Position numbers and translations under genes: made by a program. Below, in pieces: positions 37,053 through 46,717 of a stretch of DNA of 64,000 nucleotides. The first letter of the stretch is position 1. Each line of letters begins with the position of its first letter. The stretch covers positions 62,001 through 126,000 of the IMG/VR virus record IMGVR_UViG_3300034072_002211; one strand, given 5' to 3'. The notes beneath the pieces are model-generated. The model saw nothing but the letters and a program-made list of their open reading frames with translations, had not been told where the DNA came from and did not search any database.

Positions 37053-37696
37053 TTGGCGTTACCCTGGCCGAGGATCTTGATCTCGTCGCAAACGCCGAGG
37101 TCCTTGGCTTCCTGGGCCGACAGCCACACGTCGTGAGCCGGCAGAAGCTTCTCTTCAATCTGAGCCTTGCTCAGACCGGTGTGCTTGATGTAGTGGTTGA
37201 GCATACGAGTCTGCGTGAGCTCATATTCCTTGACTGTTGCGAAAAGCTCATGAGCCTTACCGCGATCACCCCACGACCACTGGTGCGACAGGATCGAGGT
37301 GTTCGGGGTCAGGATGCGATGACCCTTGGCGCCGGCGATGAACGTGAGGAAGCCGCACGAACCAATCATACCTAGGCCCATGGTATGGACGGGGATGGCC
37401 GAGCCTTCCATTGCGTCGATGATCGCGAACGCGCTGTTGACTTCACCGCCGGGCGAGTTGATGATCAACGTGAGGTGATCGAAATCATTCTTGGGTGCGA
37501 AGTTTGCCTCAAGGATCCAAGTGACAATCTTGCTTGCGGTTTCGCTGTTAAAACCACCGCTCAGGAAAAAGATACCCTTGTCCTTCAGCGAAGGTGCCGG
37601 GTTGACGGGGACGGTTGCCATAACCGTGGTTGCCTCTGGGGTCGTCTCGACCTTCACCTCGGCAACACCCTTTTCAGCACCAGTCTTCTTAGCCAT
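37049..37696 (-). CDS. clpP: ATP-dependent Clp protease proteolytic subunit
   Basis: INSPGG; Ser in GMIGSCG, His in LSHQ, Asp in HDVWLSAQEA; start MAKK with SD aggag. Confidence 0.9.
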   Translation of the reverse strand: MAKKTGAEKGVAEVKVETTPEATTVMATVPVNPAPSLKDKGIFFLSGGFNSETASKIVTWILEANFAPKNDFDHLTLIINSPGGEVNSAFAIIDAMEGSAIPVHTMGLGMIGSCGFLTFIAGAKGHRILTPNTSILSHQWSWGDRGKAHELFATVKEYELTQTRMLNHYIKHTGLSKAQIEEKLLPAHDVWLSAQEAKDLGVCDEIKILGQGNAK

Positions 37697-37807
37697 ACTA
37701 ACTCCTATTGGCCCATCGTCGGGCAACAAGGACACCATATTGGTTAGCAGATTGGTTTGTCAGTATTCATTTTGATTCTCCGAAAATGTCCTGCTAGTCA
37801 GCGGCTT

Positions 37808-38179
37808 ATGGTAAAGAAATCAGTTTTGGTTGTGCAGGCCAAGGATACCGGCAGGTTCCTTCTCAAGAAGCGTGATGACGTCTGGGGGTTCGCCGCTCAG
37901 CATGACTTTGACCCAGAGGTCTCGATCCTGTTCAATCTCATCAAACAGGCCAACGTAGCCATGGGTTTAGCCGAAGATTCAGACGACTTCTGTTTGGATT
38001 ATGTGGACAACATCGGCAAGGTTCAGGTCTTCCACGCGCTTGTGGAATCCGAACTGATAAGTGATCCAGATGCCGAGTGGTGCCATCTGTTCACATTCCC
38101 AGAAAACTTTGATCCTATCTTCGATAAGCTGTTCCAGGACAATGCCTTTTTGGCTAAAATAGTTCAACCTGAAATATAG
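37808..38179 (+). CDS. Degenerate Nudix-fold-like protein (no intact Nudix box)
   Basis: VVQAKDTGRFLLKKR..WGF N-terminus and AEWCHLFTFPENFDP C-terminus; catalytic REXXEE absent. Confidence 0.5.
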   Translation: MVKKSVLVVQAKDTGRFLLKKRDDVWGFAAQHDFDPEVSILFNLIKQANVAMGLAEDSDDFCLDYVDNIGKVQVFHALVESELISDPDAEWCHLFTFPENFDPIFDKLFQDNAFLAKIVQPEI

Positions 38180-38212
38180 ACATAAGAATGCTCACCTCTT
38201 TACATCTGGAGG

Positions 38213-38686
38213 GTGACCCCAATTGAAGACTACATCCAGAAGCCACAGGTAGAGCGTCAAGCTCATCTCAAGCTCACTGAACCTTGCATTGAGCGGGGTG
38301 GGATGAGCTCCTACTGCAAGGGTCTGCTGGCTCACATCCTCAATACCACTATTCCTTCAGGGAAGAAGGTTCACGTCTGCCATGTTTGCCACAACGGCAA
38401 GTGCTCTAACCCCAATCATCTCTACTGGGGAACTCCTAAAGAGAATCGAGCAGACGCGTTAGCCAATGGCAAGGCTCCCTCTCCTTACCATGCCCGTTTG
38501 CGAAAAATGAGTGTTGAAGAAGCAAACGCTCTGCAAGGCCGAAAGGGAAACACCAACGGTTCTGGCAATCGAGGAGGAAGCAAATCTCCTGAGCATAGGG
38601 CTAAGATTGCTGAAGCTATTAGACGTAAGCATGATAGCGGAGATTACGACGGCGTTGACTTGGGCCGTAAAAAGAAGTTGCGGTAA
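38213..38686 (+). mobile_element. Free-standing HNH homing endonuclease with NUMOD3-like tail
   Basis: VCHVCHNGKCSNPNHLYWGTPKEN; KSPEHRAKIAEA; directly upstream of tRNA-Leu. Confidence 0.85.
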
Positions 38687-38717
38687 TAGTTCTAAGGTCT
38701 TAAAGTGTAAGAACAAT

Positions 38718-38803
38718 GCGGGTGTGGCGGAACAGGCAGACGCGTCGGATTTAGGTTCCGATACCCAAAAGGTGTGCAGGTTCGATTCCTGTCACCCGCA
38801 CCA
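38718..38803 (+). tRNA. tRNA-Leu(TAG)
   Basis: Acceptor gcgggtg/cacccgc, anticodon arm tcgga-tttaggt-tccga, long variable arm, T-loop ggttcgattcc, encoded CCA. Confidence 0.95.
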
Positions 38804-39032
38804 CACGTAATTTATGTTGGGAACTGCCTAGTCGGGCGACGGTTCGACGAAGACGACGGTCATGGTAGTTGGTGCTTTGTGGACTTGTATTCAGTGGTGA
38901 CACTGGGTGTTGTGATGATAAGTTCGTCAGGTGACGTCATCGCTCCTATTAGCCTGTTCGGACAGCTACGGCCCTCCGGTATGAAGAGTCCGGTGCTAGG
39001 GTGAGGAACCTAGCCCCAACATAAATAGTGGC

Positions 39033-39581
39033 ATGCGCTATTATGAAATCTTTGAGCGAGACAATCGCAAGATCATTTCCAGCCTCAGGGCTTTGATTGA
39101 CCATCCAAATACTGAGCCCGCTCTTCGTGATGTGGCTCAGCGTAAGTTGGACAAACTGCTGGGTTCGGAAGAAGATCGTCAGGCCGATATCCTGGCTACT
39201 CGTAAGGCCAAAGCAGCCGCCGAGGAAGAAGCAGCTCGCAAGGCTGCGGCAGAGAAGAAAGCTGCCGCGGAAGCGCAGGCAAAGGCTGACCGTGCTGCTC
39301 GTGAAAAGCAGCTTGCGGACAAGGCCGAAAGGGATTTGAATCAGCGTCGTGCTCAAGCACAAGCTGATCGTGAACAAGAAGAACTCCGCGCTGCTTATGA
39401 CCGTAAGCGTTCAGCGGCAGAACTGAAGAACACGAAGCCAACTGGGAAATATACGTTCAAGCCATTGGACACTGACCCAGAGAATGAAGGTGACTTTGAT
39501 CCGGGTGCGCCAGCAGATAAGGCTGGTTTCAAGCCCAACGACAAGTTCAAGCCACAGCCATTCAAGCCAACGAGTTTCTGA
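39033..39581 (+). CDS. Late hypothetical protein, candidate internal head protein
   Basis: ATAAATA at 39021-39027; MRYYEIFE N-terminus; Ala/Lys/Glu coiled coil. Confidence 0.75.
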   Translation: MRYYEIFERDNRKIISSLRALIDHPNTEPALRDVAQRKLDKLLGSEEDRQADILATRKAKAAAEEEAARKAAAEKKAAAEAQAKADRAAREKQLADKAERDLNQRRAQAQADREQEELRAAYDRKRSAAELKNTKPTGKYTFKPLDTDPENEGDFDPGAPADKAGFKPNDKFKPQPFKPTSF

Positions 39582-39588
39582 TCGAAAC

Positions 39589-39665
39589 GGCCCCGTAGCT
39601 CAGCTGGATAGAGCGTCTGCCTCCTAAGCAGAAGGTCACTGGTTCGAATCCAGTCGGGGTCGCCA
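39589..39665 (+). tRNA. tRNA-Arg(CCT)
   Basis: 77 nt; anticodon arm tctgc-ctcctaa-gcaga; ggttcgaatcc; encoded CCA. Confidence 0.96.
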
Positions 39666-39671
39666 GATCGG

Positions 39672-40481
39672 ATGATCTACAATTCAGGCCTCAAGAGCAA
39701 ATGGCATCGCAATCCCAAGAAGCGCACGCTTCTTGAGAAGATCGCACGCCGTTTTACATTTCCCAAATACAATGACATGGCGCTGACCTGGGATGCTTGG
39801 GACAAGCGCAATGAGCGTCTCAAGCGCAACTTTCCTGTGCGCTGGTTCATCAACGAGACCATCCCTGATCTTTGGCGTGATTATGTGATGTCGCCTGCCC
39901 GCAAGGTTCGGCAGTTCTTCCGCTATCGCTTCAAAGAACGTCTCCACATCATTGAACTTGATCTCAAGCCAGGCTATTATGATCCAGACACTCGACTGAT
40001 CCATGGTGCGTTTCAGATGCTGGTTGATTATGTGGAGATCCAGCTTGCGGCAATGCATCATGCTGCCGAGGAAGCTGAGAAGAGCCCTGGCGAGCCACGC
40101 AAGCGTTATGACCTCAGGATTCGCCGTATGAAACGCAAGCATGGTCGTGATCCCGAGGCTGGTCTCGCTTATCTGGATTGGCAGATCAATGAGTCGCAAC
40201 TACCTGGTGTTCCTATGCTAGGTGGCATCACTCAGAGTGAATATGCCAAGGAAAAGAAATTCCTCTATGAGTGGTGGACTGTTTACCGCAAGCAACGAGC
40301 CAATCTCCACAATGATCCTCTGATCTGGGATCACAACGATTATGACCCCAAGGTGAGTATCTTTTCGCAAAATACCCGTTATCAACATCATCTCATGCAT
40401 CAGCTAGAAGTGTTCTACGAGGATGAAGACACTGAGATGCTTCATCGTCTAATCAACATCAGAAGCAGAATGTGGGTGTAA
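39672..40481 (+). CDS. Hypothetical protein
   Basis: 269 aa, [23 protein letters not shown]; C-terminal [12 protein letters not shown]. Confidence 0.8.
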   Translation: MIYNSGLKSKWHRNPKKRTLLEKIARRFTFPKYNDMALTWDAWDKRNERLKRNFPVRWFINETIPDLWRDYVMSPARKVRQFFRYRFKERLHIIELDLKPGYYDPDTRLIHGAFQMLVDYVEIQLAAMHHAAEEAEKSPGEPRKRYDLRIRRMKRKHGRDPEAGLAYLDWQINESQLPGVPMLGGITQSEYAKEKKFLYEWWTVYRKQRANLHNDPLIWDHNDYDPKVSIFSQNTRYQHHLMHQLEVFYEDEDTEMLHRLINIRSRMWV

Positions 40482-40488
40482 AAAGTTC

Positions 40489-40519
40489 TTGCTTTCCGAG
40501 GACGTTTTGCGTATAAATA
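40489..40519 (+). promoter_or_regulatory. Composite promoter: sigma70-like TTGCTT-N17-TATAAA overlapping T4-type late TATAAATA
   Basis: Directly upstream of a GNRA leader hairpin (40530-40549) and tRNA-Pro. Confidence 0.65.
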
Positions 40520-40556
40520 GATTACCAGCAGCGAGAAGCAATTCTCGCTAGAACAT

Positions 40557-40658
<102 letters not shown>

Positions 40659-40694
40659 CCTTGACTTCTGTTCCTGTCCTGTTACATTCCTGGA

Positions 40695-40991
40695 ATGCAC
40701 TATTATGTGGGCAATGAAGGGCATCACATTCTCGAGCTCACCCGAGCCGAGACGGATGAACTCTTTGACCCCTTTGATCCCATGGATGCGGACCTTCCCA
40801 GTCACCTACATCATCAGCGACATCGGTTTATCAAGCAATCAACCTACGACTGGTTGGTAGCCAACGTGAGCGAGCCGGACCAAGGGTGGCGGACCAGCTC
40901 TGTGTTGCCAGTGTCGAGGGATCAGAAGCTGCTAGTCTTTGATAGCAAGGAAAAGGCCATGCTATTCAAGCTGACCTTTGGTGGAGTATAA
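40695..40991 (+). CDS. FKLxW family protein
   Basis: LVFDSKEKAMLFKLTFGG; TTGACT-N16-TACATT promoter at 40661-40688. Confidence 0.8.
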   Translation: MHYYVGNEGHHILELTRAETDELFDPFDPMDADLPSHLHHQRHRFIKQSTYDWLVANVSEPDQGWRTSSVLPVSRDQKLLVFDSKEKAMLFKLTFGGV

Positions 40992-41201
40992 ATGGATCAG
41001 GTTCTATCATTCGCCGCTGACAATCCCATCACAGCGGTCATCCTCGCGCTGATTATTGCCAGCGTGCTCACGTCGCCATTTCGTTATGGCTTCAGAGCCT
41101 ACAATCGGCGCCTTCGTTCTCTGAATATCAGGGAGCGCGGATGGCCCCCTGAGCACCTCGATGCAGATGGTGATTTCAAGCCGGAGCCTGAAGAGGATTA
41201 A
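40992..41201 (+). CDS. Small single-TM protein
   Basis: 69 aa, N-terminal hydrophobic helix. Confidence 0.7.
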   Translation: MDQVLSFAADNPITAVILALIIASVLTSPFRYGFRAYNRRLRSLNIRERGWPPEHLDADGDFKPEPEED

Positions 41202-41938
41202 AGCCTGAAAAGGGCAACAGTTTCGCTGAGTGGGTTGGTAACCAGTACATGGTTACCCCTCTGCTCAGCAAACCAGAAGTCTCCCAGCATACGCTGAATC
41301 CTACGGCAGTTGGCATTTGCGGTCTCGTCTAGACGGGTCGCAGAGCCCATAGCAGCGTTGTTCTCATTGACAGCTTCCATGCTGTCCAGGTCCACGTATT
41401 GAAGCTCTACGGTTACTCCACGGGCTTCCATGGTAACCTTCTTGCCCTCTACAACCAAGTTGTCGAGATCACTGGCACGGAAGAACTCCGTGAGACCTTC
41501 TTCGACTTCATCTTCATGTCCGGCATGGTCAACTTCGCTGACCAGACGAACGTGGCGACGAATCACTTCATCAGTTGCTGGAAGAACACCCTCAACGTCA
41601 TACATCTGAGCCTTCCAGTTCTGAATACCCGTGAGTCCCGACAGGCTCTCTAGAGTATTCATGAGCTTCTTAGGCATGTTCTCGTCGCGGAGCAATTCCA
41701 CGAACACCATGTAATAACCATCCTCATTGGGAGCAGGGCTGACATCCGTGTCCAAGATCGCCGATGCACCCTTCTGAACAAAGCGGTTCAGATCTTGCGC
41801 TGGATCGCGATCCATGACATAGAAAGCAACCACGACGCTGTCGTCGTCCAGCTTGCTTTCATATTCGTCTACGCTGATCAGAGGGAGGACGAGATCTTCA
41901 AGATCACCTTCCTTGAGACCTTCAAATAGGTTTTCCAT
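41198..41938 (-). CDS. Conserved-type jumbo-phage hypothetical (possibly virion)
   Basis: LKEGDLEDLV...SVDEYESKL...VVAFYV...AQDLNRFVQKG; TAATG-coupled. Confidence 0.8.
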   Translation of the reverse strand: MENLFEGLKEGDLEDLVLPLISVDEYESKLDDDSVVVAFYVMDRDPAQDLNRFVQKGASAILDTDVSPAPNEDGYYMVFVELLRDENMPKKLMNTLESLSGLTGIQNWKAQMYDVEGVLPATDEVIRRHVRLVSEVDHAGHEDEVEEGLTEFFRASDLDNLVVEGKKVTMEARGVTVELQYVDLDSMEAVNENNAAMGSATRLDETANANCRRIQRMLGDFWFAEQRGNHVLVTNPLSETVALFRL

Positions 41939-42498
41939 TATAGACCTCCAGTGTCCTCGTCGGACTCTTCCTCATCAGCGCCAGCATCGTCAGCAGGATC
42001 ACCGTCCTGCTCAAATGCGTCCTTGTCGTCGATGTTCTCGTCGCGAGCATCGCTGACGTCCTCGACGTCCACAATCTCATCATCGACGTGCATCTCTAGA
42101 TCACTGTCGTCGAGTTCTTCAATGAAGCGACGTGGGATCTGGATCTCAATGAGCCAGATCTCTTCCTGCTTCATCTTGGGCTTGTTATTGGATTCAAGAT
42201 CATCAGGAGTCTCAACGTCAACGCTGGACTCTTCCTTGGCCTTGCGGTAGAAAACCTTGACACCATGACGGATCAGTCGCTCAGCACCAGCAGGATCGGG
42301 CATCTCCTGGTAAGCATACTTGAGGGTCATCGAAACCCAATAGCGACGGATCTTTGGTCCATCGACGATCTCACCCTCAAACCAGTTCTTGAAGACGTAA
42401 AGGTCCAGGGAATCCATGAAGTCTTCCATCTGGATCAAGACGTCCGTGAGACTGTCCGAGTCACTGAGTCGCTTGAATAGCTGTGGGTTGGCGGGCAT
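41938..42498 (-). CDS. Conserved-type jumbo-phage hypothetical
   Basis: LIQMEDFMDSLDLYVFKNWFEGEIVDGP..RYWV; acidic tail; ATAAGTA upstream. Confidence 0.8.
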   Translation of the reverse strand: MPANPQLFKRLSDSDSLTDVLIQMEDFMDSLDLYVFKNWFEGEIVDGPKIRRYWVSMTLKYAYQEMPDPAGAERLIRHGVKVFYRKAKEESSVDVETPDDLESNNKPKMKQEEIWLIEIQIPRRFIEELDDSDLEMHVDDEIVDVEDVSDARDENIDDKDAFEQDGDPADDAGADEEESDEDTGGL

Positions 42499-42579
42499 AG
42501 GTCACTCCTTGTTCCCATTACTTATCAAGGAACCCATGTTTGCTAAATAGGAGTTAGATTATCAGACTGGAGAACAGCC

Positions 42580-43035
42580 ATGCGTCTGTGGGAACTATTC
42601 AGCGACCTTGATGAAAAGAGCCTGAGTGCGGTTGAGAGGGATCTCGACGCGCAGGATTATCAGCCTGCGGAAAAGGTCAAGACTCAGAAGCTACCAGTTA
42701 TTGATCTGGATCTCTCTAGCCCGCATGTGGCGCAACGTCTCGTTCAGAGGAGCAAGACAGCTGGCATCAGCCCAGAAGAGATCGAAGACCTGTTTCATCG
42801 TGGTCGCGAAAAGTTCAAAGTAGAGATTGGTCAGGCTAGCCGCGCAGATGTTGCTGGCCAGCACATTGACTTCTACGATCCAGAGAGCAAGCTGCTCGTT
42901 CCAACTATCGTCCAGCCAAACCCTAACTGCAAGCCCAACAGCCGCGGCAAGGTTGTGTGCCAGACTACCTCGGGTCCAGCGCCCAAGAACAGCCTGGTAG
43001 CAAAGACTGTGGTTCGCAAGGGCGTCGAGGACTAA
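42580..43035 (+). CDS. Late hypothetical protein, candidate internal head protein with possible RNase-like (BECR) fold
   Basis: TAAATA at 42544-42549; MRLWELFSDLDE; SPHVAQRLVQR...ISPEEI...LVAKTVVRK. Confidence 0.7.
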   Translation: MRLWELFSDLDEKSLSAVERDLDAQDYQPAEKVKTQKLPVIDLDLSSPHVAQRLVQRSKTAGISPEEIEDLFHRGREKFKVEIGQASRADVAGQHIDFYDPESKLLVPTIVQPNPNCKPNSRGKVVCQTTSGPAPKNSLVAKTVVRKGVED

Positions 43036-43055
43036 ACTGTCTCATTTTAAGACAG

Positions 43056-43766
43056 TTAAGCAGATTCACCCAACTTGGTGACAGTGGGCTTTTTGATAAA
43101 GCCACCCGAAGGTTCATTGTTGAGGTTGTGGATAACCTCGTTCATGTCCTCGATGTAGACGTCTTGATATAGATCCCAATTGATAGAGATCACCCTCTCG
43201 TCGTCGATCTTGGCGACACCCAGTCTTGCGAGCTCTTTGAGGAACGCTACATCGCGTTCAGCCATGCTCTCGAAGTAGGCGTTGTCTTCAACCAACTTGG
43301 CGATGCTCTTTCCCAGACGTCCCCAGCGAGTCCGAATGGTATTCCGGACGTCAGACCAGGACTTTTCCAGCTGATTGATCTTGTTGGTGTATTCGCGTAG
43401 CCTGGACTGGTAGGAAGCTTCGCGCTTGTTCTTTTCCTCGCTCTGCCGCCGCTCATGCTGGCGAGACTTCTCGAGCTCATCCTCGAGGACCAGCTTGGCG
43501 GCCATGAGAAACCGCTTGTAATAATGCTGGAGGATGGTATGTTCTTTCATCTTCTCCATAGCGGCTTCCTGAAGGACTTTGAACTCAAAGCCCCTCATGC
43601 CATATTCAGCCGCTATGTTGTCGAGAGGATGGGTGGGATAGGTCCAGGGCTTGGGCTCAGGCTTGCTGAACTTGCGCTTGGCTTCCTCGATATCGCTGGC
43701 ACCAAAGCGAAGACGTCCAGCAATTTCCTGGAGGACATCATCGCCAAGGTAGCTGTCACGCGGCAT
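43056..43766 (-). CDS. Hypothetical coiled-coil protein
   Basis: 236 aa, overlaps the upstream gene end. Confidence 0.75.
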   Translation of the reverse strand: MPRDSYLGDDVLQEIAGRLRFGASDIEEAKRKFSKPEPKPWTYPTHPLDNIAAEYGMRGFEFKVLQEAAMEKMKEHTILQHYYKRFLMAAKLVLEDELEKSRQHERRQSEEKNKREASYQSRLREYTNKINQLEKSWSDVRNTIRTRWGRLGKSIAKLVEDNAYFESMAERDVAFLKELARLGVAKIDDERVISINWDLYQDVYIEDMNEVIHNLNNEPSGGFIKKPTVTKLGESA

Positions 43767-44265
43767 CGGTCATCCCGTAGATGATTTCGCCCTTCTTCTG
43801 CCCGCGCAGCTTGAAGTAGACGAGCTCGCTCCGGAGGTCCTTGAGCTCATCGGTCTTGGTCTCAATGAGCAGGTCCACGAAGCGCATTTCGATTTGGCCC
43901 TTCTCCATCATGGCACGATAGTAGGCCTTGGTCTCGTCATAGTCGGCACGGGCTTCCGTGATGTGCCAGAGAATGCCGGCCTTGAGAGCCTGGAAAGCCT
44001 CATCGCCGCGCTGGTTCAGGAACTTCTTGATCACCCACTGGTCGGTGACGAACTCGGGCTTCTCCACTGCCACGTAGAGCTTGAAGCTGCCCTGGCTTGC
44101 GAGTTCCGCCTCGTAGATCTCCTGCGCGATATCCTCGGCGGAGTCCCCATCGACGAGCTCAGCAATTTTGTTCATGTCCACCGCAATGTCCTTTCGGCCA
44201 TTCGCGATGTCCTCGAGCATCTTGTGTTCCCGCCGATACGGGTAGAAGTGGATTTCGTTTGCCAT
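43756..44265 (-). CDS. Hypothetical protein
   Basis: 169 aa; TTGACA-N16-TACAAA promoter at 44299-44272. Confidence 0.75.
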   Translation of the reverse strand: MANEIHFYPYRREHKMLEDIANGRKDIAVDMNKIAELVDGDSAEDIAQEIYEAELASQGSFKLYVAVEKPEFVTDQWVIKKFLNQRGDEAFQALKAGILWHITEARADYDETKAYYRAMMEKGQIEMRFVDLLIETKTDELKDLRSELVYFKLRGQKKGEIIYGMTDAA

Positions 44266-44300
44266 GCCGCATTTGTAGCAAGACAGATGCGTTTGTCAAC

Positions 44301-44334
44301 CAAAAGAAACGGCCCCAGGAAAACCCCAGGGCCG
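44301..44334 (-). terminator. Rho-independent terminator after phoH
   Basis: cggccctggggttttcctggggccg followed by tttcttttg on the minus strand. Confidence 0.65.
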
Positions 44335-44357
44335 CTCCATTCTTGACAGTAATGCTC

Positions 44358-45158
44358 TTAGAGGTTGCCGTTGAAACCCTTGTAGATACCGAGGAGTTCC
44401 TTGACAACAGGGTGACGCTCAACGTCCTGACGTGCGAACTTGATCACGTCGATGTGCTTCGAACCTTCGAAGCGGTTGAGGAAGTCCGCGAGACCATTCT
44501 CCTGACCACGATCGCTCTGTGCGAGGTCACCGGTAACAACCATCTGCGAACCTTCACCAATACGGGTGAGGATCGAGAGCAGGGAGTTAGGAGTGGTGCC
44601 CTGAGCCTCATCAACGAGGATGTAGGCGTTCTTGAAGGTTCGACCACGGATGAATGCGATAGGCACCATCTCAATAATGTTCTCCTCCAGCATGACCTGG
44701 ATCTCTGCCTGAGTGTAATACTCAGCGAACACATCCAGAACTGGCATCATCCAAGGAGTCATCTTCTTGAGAATGTCGCCTGGGAGATAACCAATGTCCT
44801 TGTCGTCAACTGCGACGTTTGGACGGGTGATAACAATCTTCTCAACGAGACCTGCCTTGAAGCACTTGATAGCGTGCAGGGTTGCGAGAAGAGTCTTACC
44901 AGTACCTGCTGGGCCAACTGCGAACGTGACGTACTTGTTTGGATCCTCGAGGCTTGCCACCAGGTTCTCCTGGGACAGGTTACGAGGCACGATGTCAACG
45001 CGCTGCTTCTTTGGCTTCTGAGGGAAGTTTAGCTCAATAACATTCGAAGTGCGATCCTGCTGGTAGCGGCCGCCACGAGCGCCTGGGGTTGCGCCGATGT
45101 TACGGTCTGCACGAGGATTAGCGCGGTTAGCGCCCTTAGCACGGGGTTGTTTAGCCAC
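44358..45158 (-). CDS. phoH: PhoH-like ATPase
   Basis: GPAGTGKT, IGYLPG, FIRGRTF, LVDEAQ, GDLAQSD, DVERH motifs. Confidence 0.95.
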   Translation of the reverse strand: MAKQPRAKGANRANPRADRNIGATPGARGGRYQQDRTSNVIELNFPQKPKKQRVDIVPRNLSQENLVASLEDPNKYVTFAVGPAGTGKTLLATLHAIKCFKAGLVEKIVITRPNVAVDDKDIGYLPGDILKKMTPWMMPVLDVFAEYYTQAEIQVMLEENIIEMVPIAFIRGRTFKNAYILVDEAQGTTPNSLLSILTRIGEGSQMVVTGDLAQSDRGQENGLADFLNRFEGSKHIDVIKFARQDVERHPVVKELLGIYKGFNGNL

Positions 45159-45287
45159 TTTCGACCTCCATGTTGGAGTTGTTAAAACATGGGCTGCTCG
45201 AAAGTATTTAAGCCTAGAGGAGGTGTTAAACCTGCTACTTAAAGGTGGCTGAAGCGGCCACTAAATAGTGAACCGCTCCAGTATATC

Positions 45288-45890
45288 TCACCGAAGAACC
45301 GGACTGTCTGTCCTGATGTGTTCGTAGATATCTCCCCAATCATCAACGCGCGTCACACGAGCATCATGGTATTGCTCGTTGTGCTTATAGTTGATCAGGA
45401 AGCTCTTGTGGCCAACGTCAGCACCGGCGCTGGCGTGCTTCATCTTGTCCTCAACCCAATAGGTGGGCTGGTAACGTGCCAGATGATTGCGCTTGCCTTC
45501 AGCCAGACCCACGCAATGTAGGCCATCAAAGACGCCAAAGCCAAACACCTCATTGAGGTTGTGCCAACGACCTTCCCAGGTATCCCGGTCAGTCGCACAC
45601 GCCGTAATGGCAATGAACTTGAAGCCTTCATCGTGAAGCTGACGAACGGCTCCCACGACGCCAGGCAGCGGCTGGAAGTTGCGCCAATACTCAGGATTGC
45701 CGTTGAACTCGCGAATCAAGTCTCGCGAGTGCTCAAGCTCACAACCCAGCCATGCTTCAACATGCCAGAAGTCCTGTAGCTTGCCAGGAGCATCACGATG
45801 CTGAGAGAAGTTCTCACGAACCCAAGCTTCAAAGGGAGAAGCCCAGTCGAAGAGAACCTCGTCGCAATCAGTTAGAATCACCTTCGCCAT
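45288..45890 (-). CDS. HAD-family phosphatase/5'-nucleotidase (T4 gp30.2-like)
   Basis: Start MAKVILTDCDEVLFDW; AITA; YWVEDK. Confidence 0.8.
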   Translation of the reverse strand: MAKVILTDCDEVLFDWASPFEAWVRENFSQHRDAPGKLQDFWHVEAWLGCELEHSRDLIREFNGNPEYWRNFQPLPGVVGAVRQLHDEGFKFIAITACATDRDTWEGRWHNLNEVFGFGVFDGLHCVGLAEGKRNHLARYQPTYWVEDKMKHASAGADVGHKSFLINYKHNEQYHDARVTRVDDWGDIYEHIRTDSPVLR

Positions 45891-46260
45891 CAGCGGTCTC
45901 CTTGGGCTTGAAGCGGTCAATGAAAGCCTGAACCTTCTCGAGGTTCGTTGGATCATTTGCGATCCACTTTGCGAGAGCCGCCTTGACCTCACCATAGTGG
46001 CGAGACACGAAAGTGTTGATCAGGTGGTCATGATCCAGATCGGCATCACGGCACTTGACAACCTTGTTCTCAAAGAGATCGATGATCAGTTCAGCGGAAA
46101 CTTCCTGCTTGCTAGAGACACGATCAACGATGACCATGTTCTCAACTGGCTCCCACTGGGCGGTTTCCATGAAGCCCTTGCTCTGGCTCTTCTGGCCAGC
46201 CGCTAGGACAAAGCTGTAGCTGACGACCATGAACGGGCGACCGCGTAGATACTTAGACAT
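45868..46260 (-). CDS. Hypothetical protein
   Basis: 130 aa in a coupled operon. Confidence 0.75.
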   Translation of the reverse strand: MSKYLRGRPFMVVSYSFVLAAGQKSQSKGFMETAQWEPVENMVIVDRVSSKQEVSAELIIDLFENKVVKCRDADLDHDHLINTFVSRHYGEVKAALAKWIANDPTNLEKVQAFIDRFKPKETADGEGDSN

Positions 46261-46717
46261 TTGGTTCCTCGAATTTCTCGTAGGGGATCTCGACCCACTC
46301 TACGCCTGCTTCCTCGAAGCGCCGCTTGCTCTCCGAGAGAATTGGTTCCCAGCGATCAGCCTTGTCAGGTGGGCAGCTGGGCGCCACAACCCTGGTAATC
46401 CCTGCCTGGATCATATGCACCGCACAACGATCACAGGATAGGAAGGGCCACGTATAGAGAGTGTTGCCACGCACATTGTCATGTGCGCTCAACACCGCGT
46501 TCATTTCGCAGTGGACGATGAAGCTGTATTTGGTCTCTCTGTCTTCATACCTCTCAGGAAGATCTTCAATCCCTCGAGGAAAACCATTGTATCCAATGCT
46601 GGCCACCGAATTATCTGGGCGAACAATCACCGCGCCCGTTTGAGTGCTAGGATCCTTGGACCAGCCCGCAACCAAGCGAGCTAGTTCAACATACCTGATA
46701 TCCCATTTCTCGCTCAC
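46253..46717 (-). CDS. dCMP deaminase
   Basis: WSKDPSTQTGA, GYNGFPRG, HCEMNA, SCDRC. Confidence 0.93.
   Translation of the reverse strand: MSEKWDIRYVELARLVAGWSKDPSTQTGAVIVRPDNSVASIGYNGFPRGIEDLPERYEDRETKYSFIVHCEMNAVLSAHDNVRGNTLYTWPFLSCDRCAVHMIQAGITRVVAPSCPPDKADRWEPILSESKRRFEEAGVEWVEIPYEKFEEPNV

Noticed and set aside
38774-39004. Track ORFs starting inside tRNA-Leu, or antisense to tRNA-Pro (40548..40805)
   Set aside because: They overlap clear tRNA genes and lack SD or coding features
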